Shown: positions 37,984 through 60,285 of the stretch, piece by piece
Layout of the letters: every line of letters begins with the position of its first letter
How positions within the stretch are numbered: position 1 is the first letter of the stretch
Source of the DNA: Octopus vulgaris
Taxonomy: Eukaryota
Length of the DNA stretch: 64,000 nucleotides
Direction: 5' to 3'
NCBI GenBank assembly: GCA_951406725.2
Contig: OX597831.1
Coordinates: 58,342,001 to 58,406,000, forward strand
Translations under genes and position numbers: made by a program
Notes under the pieces: generated by a model
What the model was told of the DNA's origin: nothing
What the model saw: the letters and a program-made list of their open reading frames with translations, nothing else
Database searches by the model: none

Positions 37984-39251
37984 GTTATATATATATATAT
38001 ATATACATATATGTATACAGTATACATACATACATATACATTATGTATATATATATATAATTCATATATACATATATATATACACACATATATAAATACA
38101 CATATACACACACACACAAATATAATATGCACGCACATAGAAAATTAATAGCGAGGATGCTCCTCAGTAGCAGATTGTATGTGGTTTAATATGCGATTAA
38201 CTAAATAGTAAGAATTTTTTTTTAAAGTATGATATCGCGATGCTATAAGAATGAACTCCATTATTACTTGAACTATTTCTCTCTCTTTCATTTTAATTCC
38301 TTCTTTCTCTTTCTATAAGATGTGTATATGTGTTCGTGTTTTTGTGTGTATATGCGTAAATCTTTATATACACACATTCACACGCACAGAAATATGACGA
38401 AGTAAATTATCTAAAGTGTTATATTTGCGATATATTTTTACTTCTCTATAATCATTTAGTTTTACAGTAAAAACCATCACTTATCAAATACTAAAAAGTA
38501 AACACAAACACAGAACAAACATACAGAAATATAATGAAACAAAAGAAATACAAATTAAAAAGGAATCAAAGTGAAACAAGAAATCATCATCATCGTTAAT
38601 AACAACACACAAACAACTGACGAACCCCTCCCGAAAAAAGCAAACAAAACAGACTCAAACACGAATACACAAATCCCAACAGAAACAGCCACAATAACAC
38701 ATCTACTGACAAAATAGATGGAAGTTTAGATCAGTAAATGAAAGATGAAAAACGTTTTAATGAAACAAGCGGGATGTATCGAAGATTAAGAAGACTTATG
38801 ATACAATGTCACCATCATCATTATCCTCAATCGTTACTACAACTACTACAACTACTACAACAACCATCACATTACCGTTTATAACTCTAATGTATCTTCC
38901 CTCCACTTTTGCTGCAACAACAGCAGCAGCACTGAAAATAGCAATAACAGCAGTAATAACTTCATAACTTTCGATCAAAGAAGCCATAGTTATGAATACT
39001 GTCACTTGAGTTAAATTAATTATGTTTTTTTTTTCATAACTCAATTTTCATATCTTTGTTGTTGTAATTTATCGTTACTGTTATTTCTATGATATTACAT
39101 TGAGCATAACTAAGAATGGTGGATGGGGAAATCGGTTGGTTGATGGGCAAAAATGACTTGCGCTATTTAGTTATAATCTTCAGTTTCCCCGTTCAGTTCC
39201 AACCGCTGTCTACAATGTATTTAAATTTCCTTTTCAGGGTTCGATAAAATG

Positions 39252-39468
39252 CGAGGGGCTGCTGAAAAGTTCCTGGCATTGAATACCAGAAAATATGAGA
39301 GAATCAATTATTTATGATTGTATTCAACGTATTACCTTCTCAGATGCACACATTTATTGCAGCGGTCTTTCAGTTTTTCTAAGACCCGCAAAAGAACTTG
39401 GAAGTTTGAGCATCCAACCAGGCCTTCCGCGATACCCTTAACGCCGGGAACTTTTCAGCACTCCTTCG
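39252..39468. mobile_element. Mariner-like MITE
   Basis: TIR CGAGGGGCTGCTGAAAAGTTCCTGGC / GCCGGGAACTTTTCAGCACTCCTTCG; TA on the right flank, TG on the left. Confidence 0.8.
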
Positions 39469-40084
39469 TATATACCAGCAAAATCATGGTTGAAATATAA
39501 TCAATGTTTATAGTACTACTGTTAGAAATCCTTAATTTCATAGTGTTACAGCTTTACAATCACTTGGTAGCAGAAATAGTCCAGTGTATATGAAAGTATC
39601 TTTAAATATTTATTTAGACTCGTTTCCTGTCTAAATTAAAATGACATCGGACACAAATTTGCCTTCTACCTCTTCAAAATCAATAACATACCAGCCCTAT
39701 CATGTACTATAGTATTTTAAATCCCATTGCCTCTTCCCATCAAAATATCGACGCGCTTGCTATTGTAAAAATAATTATTCATATGATTAGAACGGTAAAT
39801 GAGAAGATAAATATATAATTATGTGGATATTTCATGGATGTAATGGATGATGTAAAGTTGTATAGTGTTATCAATTCAGAATTTTCTGTACAGATATGGA
39901 AATTCGTTGATCGGTCATGGCTGATATTTGCAGTGCCGATAAAACTCTCCTAGTCTATTGATAAGATACGTCTTTATACCTAATTACTGCGATTACTTGT
40001 ATAGATTTTGTTGGAGTCTAAATTTTAAATATTATCAGCTTTAATAATCATTTGTACTATCTTTTATTTCTGACTGAACAAATA

Positions 40085-40420
40085 ATGAACGTAAATAAAC
40101 AATTAAATCATAGAAGTGTGAAGTGTGCTTGCCGAATTATTCAGCGTTGGCAAAAGTGCTGGGGAGATAGTTGAAGCCATAAATTATGCCAAATCTACTG
40201 TTTTTAGAGTTGTAGCCAATTTGAAGAAAAGTAAGGATGTACATAGAAAGGCTCACCGAAAACGCACAACTCGCATTTTAACAGAAATTAAAAGATCGAT
40301 TGAGTTGGACCCATGAAAATCGATGGCAAAGTTCCCTCAAGATCGAGGAATCAGAAAAACGACCGGTTCGAGGACTGTGAGAAAGACCTCCATATGAAAT
40401 CGTACGTGAAGAGACACCGT
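40085..40420 (+). pseudogene. Tc1-like transposase N-terminal (HTH) remnant
   Basis: ELFSVGKSAGEIVEAINYAKSTVFRVV..KRTTRILTEIKRSIELDP, frameshifted to ..KDLHMKSY. Confidence 0.72.
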
Positions 40421-40724
40421 AACACCTACATATATATACACGTTACACTTACACACTGTTTGGTCACAGGCACACACACATGTGCGCATACCACGTGAAA
40501 AAATACACATCAACTGCTACACACAAGAAACACACACACACACGTTAGACACGCACACACAAACATCAGAGTCACTCGGTCCTATTCACACACACACACC
40601 ATTCTGATATACACCACACACGGGCACCCTCTTTTGGGACCACCAGCACTTTATTATCTCCCTTCATTCAGCCTCTTATTTATTATTATCTTCCTTTCTT
40701 GCAACCTCTTTTCCCCCCAGTCAT

Positions 40725-40754
40725 TCGCCATGCTGGACCGCTGAAATCGATAAG

Positions 40755-40793
<39 letters not shown>

Positions 40794-40935
40794 TTATTTT
40801 CTCTATTACTTTTTGTTGAAGAGCGTATACTCTTGAAGTAAAAGACTTTTTCATTTTCCCTTGCAACAAACTAATACAACTTGTTTGTTGTTCATACACC
40901 TGTCTTCGTCTTTTGTTTTTCTATAAATTTCAACT
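40725..40935 (+). mobile_element. Degenerate family A element
   Basis: Shares GAAGAGCGTA, AAAAGACTTTTTC, CTAATACA and CACCTGTCTTCGTCTTTTGTTTTT with other family A copies. Confidence 0.55.
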
Positions 40936-40975
40936 ATAAATAAATAAATAAATATATATACATACATACATACAT

Positions 40976-41019
<44 letters not shown>

Positions 41020-41639
41020 TGGTTTGCCGTATAAACGTAAAAATCCAGGTGAAACATATTTAGGGCCTAGTAATAACTTTACTACCTTCTTCAGAATCAC
41101 TTGAAATAAAGAAGGAAGTGGAGAGAGAGAGAGAAATCGTTTTTAAGTAAATTTTATGATAATTTAATCTATTTAAATATTGGAAAACTCGATTCATTAA
41201 TAAACAACTGAATAGATTCTATGCTGTCACTTGCCCAAAAAGAAATAGTAGCACGATCACCATTGTCTTGTTAGAAATTGCTGCTACATCTCGAATGTGG
41301 ATGGATAATGCGGTTCTATGTATATTGCATATATGAAAAAGCCATTCTGGGAACTCGTTTGATAGATTTGTTTGGTCAGGAATGATTTAAGACTGGATAA
41401 CATCAACAACAGATTCAGTCTGAAACTCAATTTTCCACATCTCTGGAAAACGACGTACCATTTGCAAATAAAAAATTCTGCAATACAACGTTAACGGTGT
41501 TTAAAACACTTTTGTTAAACAGAAAATTAAATATCTTTATTTAAGATATTCTCATAGCAATAATTCAAGAAATATACTAGTAGTTCACCAAATATCGATC
41601 GTTCCAAATTATACTAAAATCAGACTGAAAAACCTTTTA

Positions 41640-42021
41640 CAACGGGGGTGATCGCATAATGCGCATAAAGAAAAAAAATTGCATTTGACACTGAGATATC
41701 ACAAATGACTTACGTAAACTTATAAGGAACGATATTAGACTTACAGGTTTTTCAAAATTTAAACTGTCGACTAAAAACATTAATATAATAAACGCAGATA
41801 TAACACCAATGGCCTCAACAATCATTCAGCCAGGTTATTTACACACTACATACAACACTTTAGCATACTTAAAAGCATTATCATTCGGAAGAGCCTCTAT
41901 GCACCGAATACCTCCGATTTTCAAAAAGTATAGATAACGAAAGACGCGCCGCAATACCATCGTAACTAGCGTAACTAGCCTCTCTTTTACATCTTATAAA
42001 CAATCCACATCAATACACCCG

Positions 42022-42053
<32 letters not shown>

Positions 42054-42450
42054 TCTCTCTCAGACAAATACAGCTCTGTTCCAGACATTATATACTTCTC
42101 TTTACACCCAGCTACCACAGTCACTTTTCGAGCAATTCCTCGAACCATCTATCAGTTATCACCACACCAGACTTGCACATCAATGGAGAAACCAATAGCA
42201 CTTTTATAAACTTCAAAAGCGCACAATGGAACCAGCTCAACTTGAGAAGTAAAAACAGAGAAAAAGCAAAATAAAAACAATAATACTATCAATATTTTCA
42301 GAATTCAACACCACCACAATCACCAAATAGAAGTTACTACAGTAAAAATAATTATAGATGCCTCTAAAAATACTTCCCACAAGGTAGCATAAAATAAAAT
42401 CCCAATTATTCTTCAGAAATAACCAACATCATAAAAATCAGAGACAACCA
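41640..42450 (+). mobile_element. Degenerate LINE APE-endonuclease region
   Basis: Remnants INIIN..P, NTP.H, PDI, SS(D/N)HL.VIT and TFINFKSAQW, with many stops and frameshifts. Confidence 0.45.
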
Positions 42451-42462
42451 AAACATATTACA

Positions 42463-42528
<66 letters not shown>

Positions 42529-42818
42529 TGTACAATTGAAATAAAACTCGGCATCAAACAATCAAAGAAAAGCGGAAAACATAAAAGAAGCTAGCAAAAA
42601 AAAAAAACTTAAAAGAGCAGAAAACTAGGAAACATTTGTATCCAACATATACCGCAAAAACATTATATAAAGTAATTATCATCATCGTCATCATCATCGT
42701 CATCATCACCAACTTCGTCATCGTTCTCGTCGACTTCATCATCATCGTTATCATCACCATCATCATCATCCTCACCATCATCATCAGCACCAGCACCACC
42801 AGCACCAGCACCACCACC

Positions 42819-42902
<84 letters not shown>

Positions 42903-43449
42903 GTCATCGTCGTCGTCGTCTACAATAACAGTAATATATTGTCAGCTCACATCAATATCTGTGAATTTTTCAACGCCGCTTATGTAAAAAAGAAATAAAT
43001 TATAAAATAGAAAATATTCAAAAATGAAAAAAAAACATCCATCGCCCTCTTAAGTAACAACGTCATAACGTGGCAAATCATCAATTACTTCGTCATCGTA
43101 CCTCTAGACGACTTCACACTTACACAGTTTGTTGTTACAGTTAGCTTCGACATTAGCTGTCCCTGTCATTATGTGACAATTTTCAGAGAGGCGTACTATA
43201 GAGACCAGTGTTAACAGCCTCTCTTTTTAACCTTTCAAACTTTCAACGCTTTAGCAAAATAGTCAGACAGCCTCACATGCAGTTGGTAGCACAGTGATAA
43301 CCTTCCATCATTTCCTAGACACAGTGTTTCACAACTACTCCAACCCTGTTTAAATCACTATGAAAGTTTGCCTCACAGCACTTACAAAACATTTTCTGTT
43401 GATAGCAACATCAATCTTCATACTAAGTAACATGTAAATATAGATACAA

Positions 43450-43530
<81 letters not shown>

Positions 43531-43534
43531 GAAT

Positions 43535-43970
43535 ATGAGAAGGTAAGGTGTAAAAGAATGTGAGATGTTTGAGTAGGGGTGATATTACAGTGCTGCATTA
43601 AGGGATGGGTAGAGAAAAGGTAGAGAAAAGGTATGGCTGGGTTGATACCGAAGTCAGTAGTAGTTTTGGTAGCAAAATTTTAGGTGGAGGGAAGAATACA
43701 AGGATGTTAAATTACTATAGATAGACGTAAGTGGTAGGTTTGTTATAGGTAAGAATAGGAGAGGAGGAAAGATGTAATGGCATACGTACGCATACACTTG
43801 CGAATATGTAAACATACATACGCACATATATATACAGACATATACATAGCCTATACACACACACGCATAAATTCACTCTTTGGGTCTTCTAGATACCAAT
43901 ACCGGTCATATAATATATATATCACACGCATAAATTCACTCTTTGGGTCTTCTAGATACCAATACCGGTC

Positions 43971-44006
<36 letters not shown>

Positions 44007-45115
44007 GACCGGTATTGGTATCTAGAGACAAAAGTGAATTTATGCGTGTGTGTGTATAGGCTATGTATATGTCTGTATATATATGTGCGTATGTATACAT
44101 ATATATACAGACATATACATAGCCTATCTAGAAGACCCAAAGAGTGAATTTATGCGTGTGTGTGTATAGGCTATGTATATGTCTGTATATATGTGCGTAT
44201 GTATGTTTACATATTCGCAAGTGTATGCGTACGTATGCCATTACATCTTCTTTCCTCCTCTCCTATTCTTACCTATAACAAACCTACCACTTACGTCTAT
44301 CTATAGTAATTTAACATCCTTGTATTCTTCCCTCCACCTAAAATGTTGCTACTAAAACTACTACTGACTTCGGTATCAACCCACCCATACCTTTTCTCTA
44401 CCTTTTCTCTACCCATCCCTTAATGCAGCACTGTAATATCACCCCTACTCAAACATCTCACATTCTTTTACACCTTACCTTCTCATCTCTTCCTATCTCG
44501 CCACCAGACCTCTCCCATCCTCCAATCACATTATCTTGGCCACCAATTACCACTCCCTTTCTCACTTCTTTCACCCTTTCCTTACTTTTCGCTGTTTTTT
44601 CTCCTTTTTCTTTTTCTTTTTCTCTCTTTCTTCCTCTTATTTTGTCTTCCTGTTTCAAATTTGACCTATCCCCTCTCTAATCATACACATCTCTCCACCC
44701 TCCATCTATCCACAAGTACTACTAATACATTCTCAAATTTTCATTCACACCACAAAATCTTTTCGAACGAGCAACACTGATTCTACGGCTCCATACTTTG
44801 AAATGTCTAAACGTGAACTGCTAGTGAAGCTTACATATCATGTACAAGAAATATTTTACAACTTCTATACACCATTTTCCTTGAATAATGGAACTGCAAA
44901 TACAATATCTTTATATATCTTATTTCTACTTTCATTCTCTTATTACCCTCTATATTCCCTATCTCCTTCTTTTCCGCAATAATTCAAACTCAAATATTTT
45001 CTCACACCGCCTCTGATGAAGGGATATCCATAATATCCCAGAAACTGCCGTAAGACTATTTCATTGTAAATGTCCTGAAAACTCGCAGCCTTGGATTTGT
45101 TATCTCATTCTATCT
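43535..45115 (+). mobile_element. PLE-like element (family D) with a 952-bp 5' palindrome and a 3' hammerhead (45009-45056)
   Basis: 43535-44486 is a near-perfect inverted repeat. The sequence continues into a region homologous to 56012-56690. Core CTGATGA A GGGATA tccataa TATCCC A GAAA. Confidence 0.75.
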
Positions 45116-45224
45116 CTCTAATATCTATCTATCTAATATATATATGAGGAGTGGCTGTATGGTAAGGAGCTTGCTTATATGGTTCCGGGTTCAGTCCCAC
45201 TGTGCAAGTGTCTTCTACTGTAAG

Positions 45225-45487
45225 CCTCCCTACCTGATGTTACCGTGGTCTTTTCTGTAGGCTTTTCTTCGCACGGATGAACCTAATCTTGTTTCTTACT
45301 TTTAAAAATATTTGTTTCTGTGATACACTATCCCTTTTGATCGCTTTTTTTTCCCGATCCTTTTTGATCGGAATTTTACATTTGTTTCCTTTTTTGTTCC
45401 TTTTTTCTTTTTCCATCTTCGAAAAGAAAAGCTCTACATTTGTATTTGTCCCCTCTGTTTTCAGCCCTGTGTGGCTAATAAAGAAAG
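45225..45487 (+). mobile_element. LINE-like 3' UTR fragment
   Basis: Ends GTCCCCTCTGTTTTCAGCCCTGTGTGGCTAATAAAGAAA, similar to the SINE and L1 tails in this window; followed by (TCTA)n. Confidence 0.5.
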
Positions 45488-45488
<1 letters not shown>

Positions 45489-45534
<46 letters not shown>

Positions 45535-45559
45535 CCTATCTATCTATCTATCTATCTAC

Positions 45560-45630
<71 letters not shown>

Positions 45631-45641
45631 ATCTAATCTGC

Positions 45642-45708
<67 letters not shown>

Positions 45709-45722
45709 ATCTAATCTGCCTG

Positions 45723-45802
<80 letters not shown>

Positions 45803-45846
45803 ATCTAATCTGCCTGTCTATCTATCTATCTAATCTAATCTGTCTG

Positions 45847-45918
<72 letters not shown>

Positions 45919-45932
45919 ATCTAATCTGCCTG

Positions 45933-45968
<36 letters not shown>

Positions 45969-45982
45969 ATCTAATCTGCCTG

Positions 45983-46051
<69 letters not shown>

Positions 46052-46072
46052 ATATCTATCTATCTATCTATC
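45489..46072. repeat. (TCTA)n array with recurring ATCTAATCTGCCTG interruptions
   Basis: Read directly; about 6 interruptions. Confidence 0.95.
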
Positions 46073-46247
46073 ACTGTTTCACTATTACATAGGCACAAAT
46101 TGTACGTACACATATGAACACACATATATGTTTAGACACTCTTCTTCTTCTTCTTTACCAACTACAACCACCAGCATGTCTTTCTTTTCGTCTTTTCTCT
46201 TTCTTCTTTGTCTTCTTCCTTCCCGTTGTCTTTCATCATCATCATCA

Positions 46248-46305
<58 letters not shown>

Positions 46306-46599
46306 TATTATTATTATTATGGTTGTTGTTATTGTTATTATTATTCTCTATCACCTTCACCATCTTCTTGATCTTCAATCTTTTGAAGACGACGATAGAT
46401 ATCAGTTTGTAAATCAGTTCGTGTCTAGCTAGTTTTTAAATGTTAGAAATTGATGCTAGGTTTAACCAGCAGTAAAGTCTGAAGATCTTCCGCTTCATTA
46501 CCGCCTCTATTTTACGATTTATTACAATTTGCAGCAAGCGGAAACCACTTTCGGAAGGTGAATTATCGTCAAATGGCACGTATTGTTTGAAATCATTCA

Positions 46600-54980
<8,381 letters not shown>

Positions 54981-55349
54981 CTGAAAGTAGAGATGCCGTA
55001 TAATTTATAGTTAAGAACTTCCCTGTGTGTCTCGGATGTTTTGTGAAGCTTGCACTCACATACGCACACACACACATGAACACACACATACACACACACA
55101 CACAACACACACACAATAATACAGTTTTTCTACTTTAATTGTAATAACTGTTCCTCTGTAGTGCCTGCTCTCATACCACCTCTATTCAGGCCCACCCGTG
55201 ATCTGTTGGGTCACCTGGAATGTCTGAGTTTCCCAGCAACGGAATTTAGTTTCGTGGTTTTTTTTCTTTTTCAAGTTATTTCGCATGCTTTCAACGAATG
55301 TGATATGGAAATCATGCGTAAACGGCTCCTTTCCATGGAAAAAGAAAGA

Positions 55350-55458
55350 TTTGGCTGCTTTTTCTTGCACACCCTGCTACCACGTAACAGGTATTTCGGG
55401 TCCTTTATCGCAAATAGCTGTTACGTGGTAGCAGGGCGTGCTAGAAGTAGCAGCCAAA
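55350..55458. repeat. 109-bp hairpin (MITE-like)
   Basis: TTTGGCTGCTTTTTCTTGCACACCCTGCTACCACGTAACAG ... CTGTTACGTGGTAGCAGGGCGTGCTAGAAGTAGCAGCCAAA. Confidence 0.85.
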
Positions 55459-56011
55459 CCTTTGGAGCTGAGATACGTTGAATGCACTCGAAAAAATATT
55501 TGTAATCGCATCCCTTTTGGGCAATCTTTCACTTTGACTCTCAGAACTGTCATCCAGATCGGCTGGTTTTGTTCGTTAATTTCAATAAAATTTATTTATT
55601 TACTATTGCTTTAAAGTGAAAGATGGGAGAAATTGAAAGATGTATGAATGTGTATATGAAATGGACATGTGTGTGTGTGTGAGAGAGAAAGAGAGGGAGA
55701 GAGAGAAAGTGGGAGAGAGAGAAAGAGGGAGATAGAGAAAGAGAGACAAAGTGTCGCTTACATATACACGAGAAAACACGTTCACTCGCTCACTCTCTAA
55801 TTATGCAAAAAAATTAAAATATAATATTTCAGAGATATTTCGGGTACAAACAAACATATCTAGAGCTATAGTATTATTAAGATTTATATATATATATATA
55901 TGTATGTATATATATATGTGTGTGAGTGTGTGTGTATGTATTATATCATATATTTTATATTATATATGCATGTATGTGCATATATATATATATATTCACA
56001 TATCTCACACT

Positions 56012-56686
56012 TAATCACCCCTTACCTTCTCATCTCTTCCTATTCCTCCCCACTCCTCTTACCTCCTCCCTTAACATTATCTTGACCACCAACTGACACT
56101 CCTTTTCTCACTTCTGTCACTCTTTCTTCACTTTTTTCACTTTTCGTTTTTGCTCGCTTTTCTTTCTCTTTTTCTCTCTTTCTTCCTCACATTTTATCTT
56201 CCTGTTTTCATTTTGACCTATCTCCTCATTCTAATCAAACACACCTCTCCCTCCCATCTGTCCAAAAATACTAAATTTTCATTCACACCACAAGACACTT
56301 TCGAATGAGCAACAGAGAATCTACGGCTCCATATTTTGAAATGACTAGACATGAACTACTATTGGAGCTTACATACCATGTACAGGAAACTTTTTACAAA
56401 TTCTATACAGCATTTCCTCGAATAATGGAACTGAAACTACAATATCTTTATATATTTTATATTTTATTTCTACTTTCATTCTCATATTTCCCTCTATATT
56501 CTCCATCTCTTCCTTTTCCATAATAATTCCTTATTTCGAACTGAAATATTTACCTCTATTTAACCATCTCACATCGTCTCTGATGAAGGGATATCCATAA
56601 TATCCCAGAAACAGCTGTAAGACTATACCTATATCTTTTCCCTTATAAATGTTCTGAAAACTACTCACTACTTTGTTATCTCATTT

Positions 56687-56690
<4 letters not shown>
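56012..56690 (+). mobile_element. PLE-like element (family D) with an intact hammerhead at 56576-56623
   Basis: GTCT CTGATGA A GGGATA tccataa TATCCC A GAAA CAGCTG TA AGAC. Homologous to 44470-45115 and flanked by TA-rich microsatellite. Confidence 0.8.
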
Positions 56691-56735
<45 letters not shown>

Positions 56736-56848
56736 ATATATATATATAAACATATATATATACATATATATATATACATATATATACACACACACACATA
56801 TATATATATATATACATATATATATACATATACATGTTATGTGCGTAT

Positions 56849-56884
<36 letters not shown>

Positions 56885-57404
56885 GAATACACGCATACAT
56901 ACACACATACACACACACATATGCATATACACCAACTAACAAATATACCTGTTCGAACCCTATGGCTTTCTCCCTCACTACCCCGAGAGTTTCCAGGAGT
57001 TTTCTGACGTTTGCGCCTTAAGCAACAAACCAGATTAAAGTATATTGTTTTTCACTTCTCCAAGAATCACTAAACTGTGAGAAAATATAAGAAACAACGT
57101 AACAAGTGACGAATATGAAAGGGATAAATACACTTAGTTTCATTGCCTTACATACTGAATAACCTTTTTGATGTTTTATTTGCTGATAGATTCGAAATCT
57201 GATATTTTGGAGTACTTGACTAACGACACCGTTTGTTTAAATTTTTGTATATTCAGTGTATTCGCTTAATAAACTTAATATCATTTTCTGTTTAACTGTT
57301 TGCGCATCAAAACTATTTATATATTCGCTTTTTCTCTCACTCTCACACTCTCTCGGCATCCTTGCTTTATGTATATATATATATATATATAATGCATATA
57401 CGTG

Positions 57405-57448
<44 letters not shown>

Positions 57449-57501
57449 CATATATATATAATACATATATATATATATAATACATACATATATATATATA
57501 T

Positions 57502-57543
<42 letters not shown>

Positions 57544-57741
57544 CTTACATATATATATATAATACATACATACATATATATATATATATATTATATATAT
57601 ATATATATAATACATACATACATACATATATATATATACATATATACATATGCATATGTGTACTCATATGTATATATACATACATATATATATTTATGTA
57701 GAAATATATTTCTGTGTGTGCGTGTGTATAAATATATGATC

Positions 57742-57781
<40 letters not shown>

Positions 57782-57785
57782 GTAC

Positions 57786-57865
<80 letters not shown>

Positions 57866-58349
57866 ATTGCGCCTTTGGAACTTCAATTACACGTATAATA
57901 TTATTTGGAGTTAACACCTGTGGAGAAAAACGGATGTCGGAAAGAAAAAACCTTATCTCACCACTGAATAGTTCAGTTAGGTACAACACATGCAGAGGTT
58001 GCTTCTTTCAGCATCTATTATTATTCTCAGTTGGTCTTGTATTATGACCTGATCTTTAGCTCTAAGTTCTTATAGTGTCATTACCATAGAAAGAAATCTG
58101 CAACTCATGTACATAAAAATCAACTAAAGAAACATAAAGAAATATCTCATTCAATCTCCATTTATTTTCGGTGTTGTTTACTATCATTCTTCCATAATGC
58201 AGCTCCTTTTGACACGATCTAAAAATGAAATAATCAGATGGACATTCTTTATATAAACAATTTATCGAATTACTTTTTTATTCATAACTTCTATCTAAAC
58301 ATATACGGTAGATTCTTCGTCGTTCTCGACGATGCTCATTCAGTTAGTT

Positions 58350-59109
58350 CAGTGGTTGTCAACCGGGATCCATAAGGCCCCTGAGGTTCTATATAAGATT
58401 TGTGCGGGTCCATGCAACAAAATAGTAAACTGGGGTTCCACAATAGTATTATAGAAGCTCCGGATCTTTTCAGTTTGAACAGCAGTTTTTTCTAGCGGTG
58501 TCATATGAAATTGTCACCCATAATTATGACCCTAGTATCGATCTATTGCATTTCAATCTGTTTTAGGGTTAGGGTTAGGGGTAGGAGGAAGGGTATCTTT
58601 TTTTCTTCACAAATGTAAATAAACCCAATCTGTTTCTTAAACGAGAGACATACGGTACATAATGTTTTTTAACTCAACAGACATCAGTGATTGGTTGAAA
58701 TTGCAGATATTGAAGAAAAAAAACAACAAATATCTTACAAACTATAGAATTTTCTCAATAAAGCCAAGAGAAAAAGATGTTTTATAAACACATTCTACCA
58801 GTATACGAAGTTTAAAAATTTTTAGTTACCTAGAAATTATGTTAAAAACTGCCGTTCAAACCGAAAAGACCCGAAGCCCCTAAAATTGTTTTGCTTCAGA
58901 TGTATTTATTGGTATGAACTGCAAGAAACAGGAAGGTTTCTTTCTCAAAGCATTTTACACACCTCAACCTACACAAGTTGATGTGTGAAAAACAAAATAG
59001 GAATTTTGAAAGTTTCCGTAAAACTAGTTTTTAATGGCTATGGGGGTCCACTAGAATATAATAGCAATCAAAGGGGTCCATAGATAAAAAAAATGGTTGC
59101 GAACCCCTA
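58350..59109. mobile_element. hAT (Charlie-like) non-autonomous element containing a nested MITE
   Basis: CAGTGGTTGTCAACC ... GGTTGCGAACCCCTA; 8-bp TSD AGTTAGTT at 58342-58349 and 59110-59117. Confidence 0.85.
58461..58873. mobile_element. Nested TIR element with internal (TTAGGG)3
   Basis: 30-bp TIR CGG(A/G)TCTTTTC(A/G)GTTTGAAC(A/G)GCAGTTTTT; flanks AAGCTC and AAGCCC (probable 6-bp TSD). Confidence 0.85.
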
Positions 59110-59838
59110 AGTTAGTTGATCGATCAAATGAATTCCTTCTCGTGAAATCAACGTGTATGGACACATGCAATGGTCTCTAATCTCCATACCAAATCAGTTG
59201 GATATAACCTGACAAGGCTGGATCTCAGAAGTATTGGTATGACCGAGGGATAAATGTACATAAACAGAGAAAGGGGGAGAGAGTGAGACAGAAAGAGAAA
59301 GGGAAAGGGAGAGAGATAAAGAGAGAAAGAGAGAGAAAAGGAGTGAGAGAAAGAACGTGGAGTGAGAGAGGCAGAGATAGAAAGAAAGAGAGGGAGAGGA
59401 AAAAGAGAGAGAGAGAGATAAGCGAGAGAAAGGGAATGATCGAAAGAGAATTTGAGAAAAACAAAGAGCGAGAGAGATAGAAACAGAGTGAGAGAGAAAG
59501 TGAGCAAGCGAGGGAAAGAGAGAGCGAGAGAGACAAACAGGAAGGAGGAGAGAGAGTAAGAGAGAGAGAGAGAGAGTGTGTGTGTGTGTGTGACGGTGAG
59601 AGAGAATGGGAGAGTGAGAGTGTGAGACAGAATTGAGCTCACTTTATCGAACACAGGAATGCTGTCGGAACGACTGTCACAAGGCATACCCGCACAGAAA
59701 AATTATGAAAAATCACTCCCTCAAAAAGAAAAAAAGAAGAAAAGACAAACAAACAAAACAACCAAAAGCAAGAAACGACTTCACCCTGTCAGTAAACAAG
59801 CATTATCCTTTCTATTACCATTATGGTTGATTCTGTGA

Positions 59839-60285
59839 CGGTGCATGGCTCAGTGGTTAGAGCGTCGAGCTTACCGATCGTGAGGTTGTGATTTCAAATC
59901 CTGGACCTGGCTGCATGTTGTGTTCTTGAGCAAGACACTTTATTTCACGTTGCTCTAGTTCACTCAGCTGTAGAAATGAGTTGCGACGTCACAGGTGCCA
60001 AGCTGTATTGGCCTTTGCCTTTCCCTTAGATAACACTGGTAGCATGGAGAGGGGAGGCCGGTATGGATGGGCGACTGCGGATCTTCCATAAACAACCTTG
60101 CCTGGACTTGTGCCTGGGAGGGTAACTTTCTGGGTGCAATCCTATGGTCATTCATGACCGAAGGGGGTCTCAGCATTGTTGATTCTAATGTTCCCGGACT
60201 TGTGCCTGGGAGGGTAACTTTCTAGGTATAATCCCATGGTCATTCATGACCGAAGGGGGTCTCAGCATTGTTAATTCTAATGTTA
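59839..60285 (+). mobile_element. tRNA-derived SINE with a duplicated 3' end
   Basis: A box TGGCTCAGTGG and a B-box remnant; GGACTTGTGCCTGGGAG..GGGGGTCTCAGCATTGTT.ATTCTAATGTT occurs twice (about 60103 and 60196). Confidence 0.82.

Noticed and set aside
45489-46072. CRISPR-like repeat/spacer pattern
   Set aside because: The spacers are TCTA repeats, the context is eukaryotic, and there are no cas genes.
56305-56523. ORF MSNRESTAPYFEM as a protein-coding gene
   Set aside because: It lies in a repeat. The paralogous copy at 44765-44980 has a 1-nt frameshift near 44880 giving an early stop, and no domain is recognisable.
58563-58580. Telomere or interstitial telomeric array
   Set aside because: Only three units, internal to a TIR element.
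59270-59630. GA-rich ORFs or a regulatory element
   Set aside because: Degenerate (GA)n low-complexity sequence.
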